Shown here piece after piece: positions 59,601-64,000 of a DNA stretch of 64,000 nucleotides. Below the pieces are notes generated by a model, which was not told where the DNA came from, did not search any database, and was given only the letters and a program-made list of their open reading frames with translations. The DNA comes from Takakia lepidozioides (lineage: Eukaryota; Plantae; Bryophyta): assembly GCA_030704615.1 (NCBI GenBank), contig CM060731.1:62000001-62064000 (forward strand), written 5' to 3'. Position 1 is the stretch's first letter. The number at the start of each line of letters is the position of its first letter. Both the position numbers and the translations under genes were made by a program.

Positions 59601-61815
59601 TTTCGTCTCCACAATTCCCTTTGCGAAAAGGAGGACATCTCTCTCATCTTCAAATTCTACCATGTTGTAGACCACTTTCTTCCAAAATATAAGCCCATAG
59701 TAAGCTTCGGAACTTTTCACATACAAACTTTTGGCCCCTCTACTAATCTCAATGCTCACTGGTTTCCCTTCCAAAGTTGCCTGCAAAGAATCCGCCGGAT
59801 GCTCACACCGTACAGAGACTCGGTCTATGGACACCACCTTAGTCTTCACATTACGATTATATAAACAGGCCATGTCCTCGCCAGTGTCTGTCTGAACACT
59901 GCCTGACAGTTCCCCAGCAAAAGTGGGATTTATAAGCAGGAGAACGTGTGAGGGGAAGGAAACAGCAGCATGGATGAAGGAGGTTTCACTTATTTCCTCT
60001 TGGAAACGCCCCTGATTAGCACGGATTGACCAGTCCCTCAACAGCTTCAGGCATCCTGAGCGTGCCCAGCACCCTGTGATGGAAACACAAGCAAGATTGT
60101 CAAAAAAGTGTCCACGATATGTAAAAATGCAGGTGTATCAGATGGGTGAACATGGAGTATGTGGATCTGACAAGAAACTGTCTCGCTCCAGGAATGTTCT
60201 GATGCTTTGTTCACTTACAAAATATCTGTAGACACCATACCAGCTGCCCTTTTAGGGAGCATCGAGCATAACATTACAACCTCTGGGTGACACATTTAAT
60301 AACGGGTAAAACGAGAGAGACGACAGACACTAGCAAATCATCAGTGCTTTCTGAAATATCGCCTTGAGATGTTATGTTTATAGTTCACTACAACAGAGAC
60401 TTTCAAGATCTCAAGTGCATTGGGATTGCTGTAACCATCCATTTCTGGGTGTCAGTGCGTGCCCGTGTAAGAGAGGAACAGGCGTCCCAATTAAAAGAAG
60501 AAAAAACTTAAGAAGAATTGGGATTGCTCTTGAGACACATGAGAACTTCAATTTTTTTAATTTTGACAAAAAGATTCTAAGCAAAGGGACCAAGCAATTC
60601 TACGTGCTTAAGGGTTTCCTCCACTCTCTTCCGCATGCATCACGGCTGATCGAGAATTGAACAGAGTTGGACAGACAACCTCCGAGGATGTGGGCATTCC
60701 ACAAAAGCAACATTGGCAGAAGACGCACCGTCACAGATACCCTCCACCAGGAGCGATGCATCCATCGTGCCTGTCTCCCAACCTCCCCCTTCTCCCTCTC
60801 CTTCATCCTTCGCAAACCCCAGTGGAAGCTTCGATCTTGGTGATTCGAGTGTTCCTGTTGCTGGAAAACAGGCAAAAGAGAATCTTTCCGGGACGAGCGA
60901 ATGTTGAAGCATTATCTTCAAGCCAAATAGTGTCAGATAGAAAGATAGCGAGAGAGAAAGAAGAGGCGGAGGGAGGAGAAAGGGGGCCGTTGTGGGGGAG
61001 GATAGACATAGCCGGGAGAGAGTCCTTACAACTTCACGTAGTTTTCCCAAGATCAAGTTTCAGAGCGCCAACTGCCAAGGATAAAATCTCTCCTCTACTC
61101 TGCGCCCCGAAGGAAATGGTAAAAAAGAGAATGAGAGGGACACTAGCCGTGGGGGTCAGGTAGGAAGAGAGAGGTGCCCACGTTGGGCATATCAGCTGTG
61201 ACAACACGAAATTGCACAGCTCTTCACCGGATGTGACCGCACATCACCTAATTGAAGCTCTGATACCCACCTCCCTCTACGGATCACTCTTCACAGAGTC
61301 CCAATTGCCAAGCTAACAAACTCTGGACCCATCTCCCGCAACGGATCTGTCTTCAAAAGCCATCTCTCGGACGCCAGACATCTTGGAACCAACATACGAA
61401 GGCACCTGCAGCTGACCATCAATTCAGTGCTCGTCATCTGCCGGCTAGCCAGTGCCCATTTCGGCCACCTCTTGCTAGACAATCCGAAGCAAAAGAATTA
61501 TTGTGGGCCAACTCGTCACCTGCTCCAAGACTCGGCTGCACTGTAACGTCTCTCTGTCACGCTCTGACCAACGAGAACGACGTTTCTCGACGGACGAAAT
61601 CAGCTTCAGTGCCTAGTACGACGAACGAAACCTCGAACGAGATGTAGCCAAAGTTCGTTCCTGCAAAACTAACAGTGTGTGTAGTCGAACCTGGGACGCC
61701 CTGGCCCATCCCTTGGAAACTAATTTAAAAATACATCGATTAAAGGAGGCTGGTGGATAAATGACCACCAACGATTGTGACTGCTTTTAAGTTATCCCGT
61801 AACTTTTGCCCATAG
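56615..61815. repeat. Segmental duplication copy C (alpha + GT92 + upstream modules)
   Basis: Collinear with 22758-27630 and 38892-43040. Confidence 0.95.
57636..60761 (-). pseudogene. Glycosyltransferase family 92 gene, copy C (full span, frameshifted)
   Basis: Has the start exon (TM segment shortened by a deletion) and last exon ..KLVWESPD*. It shares the 2-bp frameshift with copy A (~59445), and the DxDE motif has changed to DLDK. Confidence 0.88.
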
Positions 61816-62569
61816 TTTCTAGGGGCAATTTACTGCAGCTGGGTACCCAAAATTGGTAAAAAGTCAAAAAAAGGGCTTGGGAACTTAAGGGTTAACTTAC
61901 CTCCCTGCCACACTATAATCACCAACGGCCAGGTAAATGGTGCAGCAGGCCCCATAAACATGATTTGCCAAAAACATTCACTTCCCCAGTCGCTCTCTCC
62001 TCTGCACGGAATACTCCTGCCCTTCCTCATCAAAGCACCCTACGCTCAGAGCACACCTCCGCCGTTTTTTCGGCCCCTGCACAACATGACACTGTCACCC
62101 CATCCCCACTCTGCTATGAACTACATAATGACCTTCTACACACCGCCGTAAAACCTCCGCCGTCATGGCCCCAGTCCGCAACCAACACATGTCTGATTCG
62201 GTGTCACTCTAAAGGCACAATCAAGAGTGGTTATCACATTGGCGCCTTCACAACTAGTCCACAAACGATTTCTCTCCTTATAGATATTCTACCGCTTCAC
62301 TCACAACCCCTTAGCCTTTGCCCTCTCTCTATCTCTACCCCACACTCTCACCTTCACTCTTCAGGCAGTGACAAACTCTGTAGGCTCAACATAGCCCCTA
62401 TCTCCCTCCTCACTCACTCTCTTCAATTCCACGCATGTCTAGCAATAAATCTAGTAGTCTCCAAAAACGCTCGAGGAGTATTCAAAAACAACCAAGGCAC
62501 AAAGGGAAGGCTACGTTCAGCTCCAAATCTCCGGTGAACTTCCTTGCTCAGCGACTCTCGACAAAAATG

Positions 62570-63750
62570 GAGCACCACAATGACGCAGATGCAGAAATGT
62601 CCCACCACTTTGACATGCACTTATCCGACGAACAATTCTTCGCCACTCCACAAGCATACCAAACTCACTCAACACAAAACAAGACAAAGTCTCGCAGTGC
62701 TCACGTTCACGACAAACCTGCCCCCAACCCCAGCACCATCAACACATAATCAACGGGTGACCTAGCTCCATGACACTCAGGTGCCTCCTGCACAGCCAGT
62801 GACTCTCAGCCCGCACAAAAAACGCTCCTCCAGTGCATTCAGCAGCGAGGCTGAAAGCACCCACTCCGATCCCAAAAAATCACGGGGATTTCTTTCGCTA
62901 GATCCAGCTCCATGCTTAGAAATTTCAAGCTCGCCAAGAGGGCCACACTTATGGATAGGTTATCACACACTTGAACAACACGCACATGATGCTGAACTTC
63001 CATTTGTCATGGAGAAACGCACGACAAGAGAACTCGAGCTGCTTGGGCTCTGCCCATCTGAGATCTACGAACTGCAACATGGCCTCAAGGCCTACCCGCA
63101 CGTACCCCAACTATTTTTTCCTACAGCTCGACCGGATGGTCGCGATGGCCAACTCTACCAACTTACTCAACTGCCAAAAGGGACCATCGTCGACCCTGTC
63201 TCTGGAATCTCCGTGACGCCCTACCACATACTGATCAGGTTTGACAAAGAGACCGACATGCCCAAAGAACAGGCTGTCTATAGGGCTAATAAGCGTTTTG
63301 CAGCGAAGAACATTCCACTAGGTACTACGCTGTATTCGCCCATTATGGCCCACTCCAAACATGCCAGCAAGCACTAGACTGGCATCTTCAAGGTCGAGTT
63401 GCTACATCCAGCCAGGGACGGCATCGCTCTCTTGAAAGGCGACCGAACCTTCGTCATAGAGATGTCCTCTGGCATACCAATGTAGGGTAAGGTGGAAAAA
63501 GCATTCGATTTACAATCGACAATGGAACATCTCTCTTTATACATGACAAGTGAAAGCCTACACGGAACTATCAGCCACAAGCTTACAATGCATCTCATCA
63601 TGGAAGCTCACGTTCATGGTGATGAGTCGAGATCCTCTGCACTTACAAGACTCGGCCAGAGTCCAAGTTCTGCTTCATATACGTCACTTCCAAGGACACC
63701 AAACAAAGGATGTTGGCATAGGGCATCTGATTCGGGCGCACGCTGATCAG
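62570..63750 (+). mobile_element. LINE ORF1-like decayed ORF
   Basis: Long reading frame with single stops (..YPHVPQLFFPT..YHILIRFD..H*TGIFKVELLHPARDGIALLKGDRTFVIEM..*GKVEKAFDL), no introns, and a C-rich 5' leader. No host-gene family was recognised. Confidence 0.45.
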
Positions 63751-63929
63751 ACCAGAGCTGCGAATTCGGTGAACTAGCACCTGGGGGGTGCACTCCAGCC
63801 AATATGTACCAGCCACGTGCGTGCATAGGAGGGGGTATTTTAAACCCCTCCATGTACAACATTATACATATAGAGGGGGGTTTATATCACCTTAAATATA
63901 ATCTTACAGGAGGGGGTTATTGAATTTTA

Positions 63930-64000
63930 GGAGTAGTCTAGTGGTAAGGGCGTAGAATGTGTCGTGACGCACCGCGGGATCAAATCGCGATGCACTGTTG
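63930..64000 (+). mobile_element. Degenerate tRNA-like (SINE head) sequence at the window edge
   Basis: TAGTCTAGTGGTAAG (A-box-like) and GGGATCAAATCG (B-box-like). Confidence 0.35.

Overview
Eukaryotic land-plant nuclear DNA with spliceosomal introns. A hydrolase-NLR, a DYW-type PPR editing factor and the repeat landscape suggest a bryophyte-grade plant with organellar RNA editing (inference). Apparently intact genes are OEP16 (6 coding exons, 8296-10100 +), PsaF (2 exons, 12258-13477 +) and a PLS-E-DYW PPR protein (17547-19829 -). An alpha/beta-hydrolase-NB-ARC-LRR immune receptor (HNL, ~27890-32294 -) has a Ser->Asn change in its nucleophile elbow and a frameshifted distal LRR. The rest is a local duplication and transposon hotspot: three disrupted, mosaic copies of a GT92-family glycosyltransferase, a PsaF pseudogene, a 5'-truncated beta-oxidation MFP gene, a Crinkler-type kinase pseudogene split by a solo LTR, MULE-SWIM, pogo-like, LINE and LTR remnants, and isolated gene fragments. 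The two most unusual observations are (i) a complete 361-bp TRIM whose two LTRs each embed a tRNA-like Pol III module, a tRNA analogue of the 5S-carrying Cassandra elements, and (ii) a near-identical copy of the NLR hydrolase exon in an MFP intron that ends exactly at a LINE 3' microsatellite tail, suggesting LINE-tail-mediated retro-mobilisation of an NLR domain. All family assignments come from motif recognition; no database searches were run.
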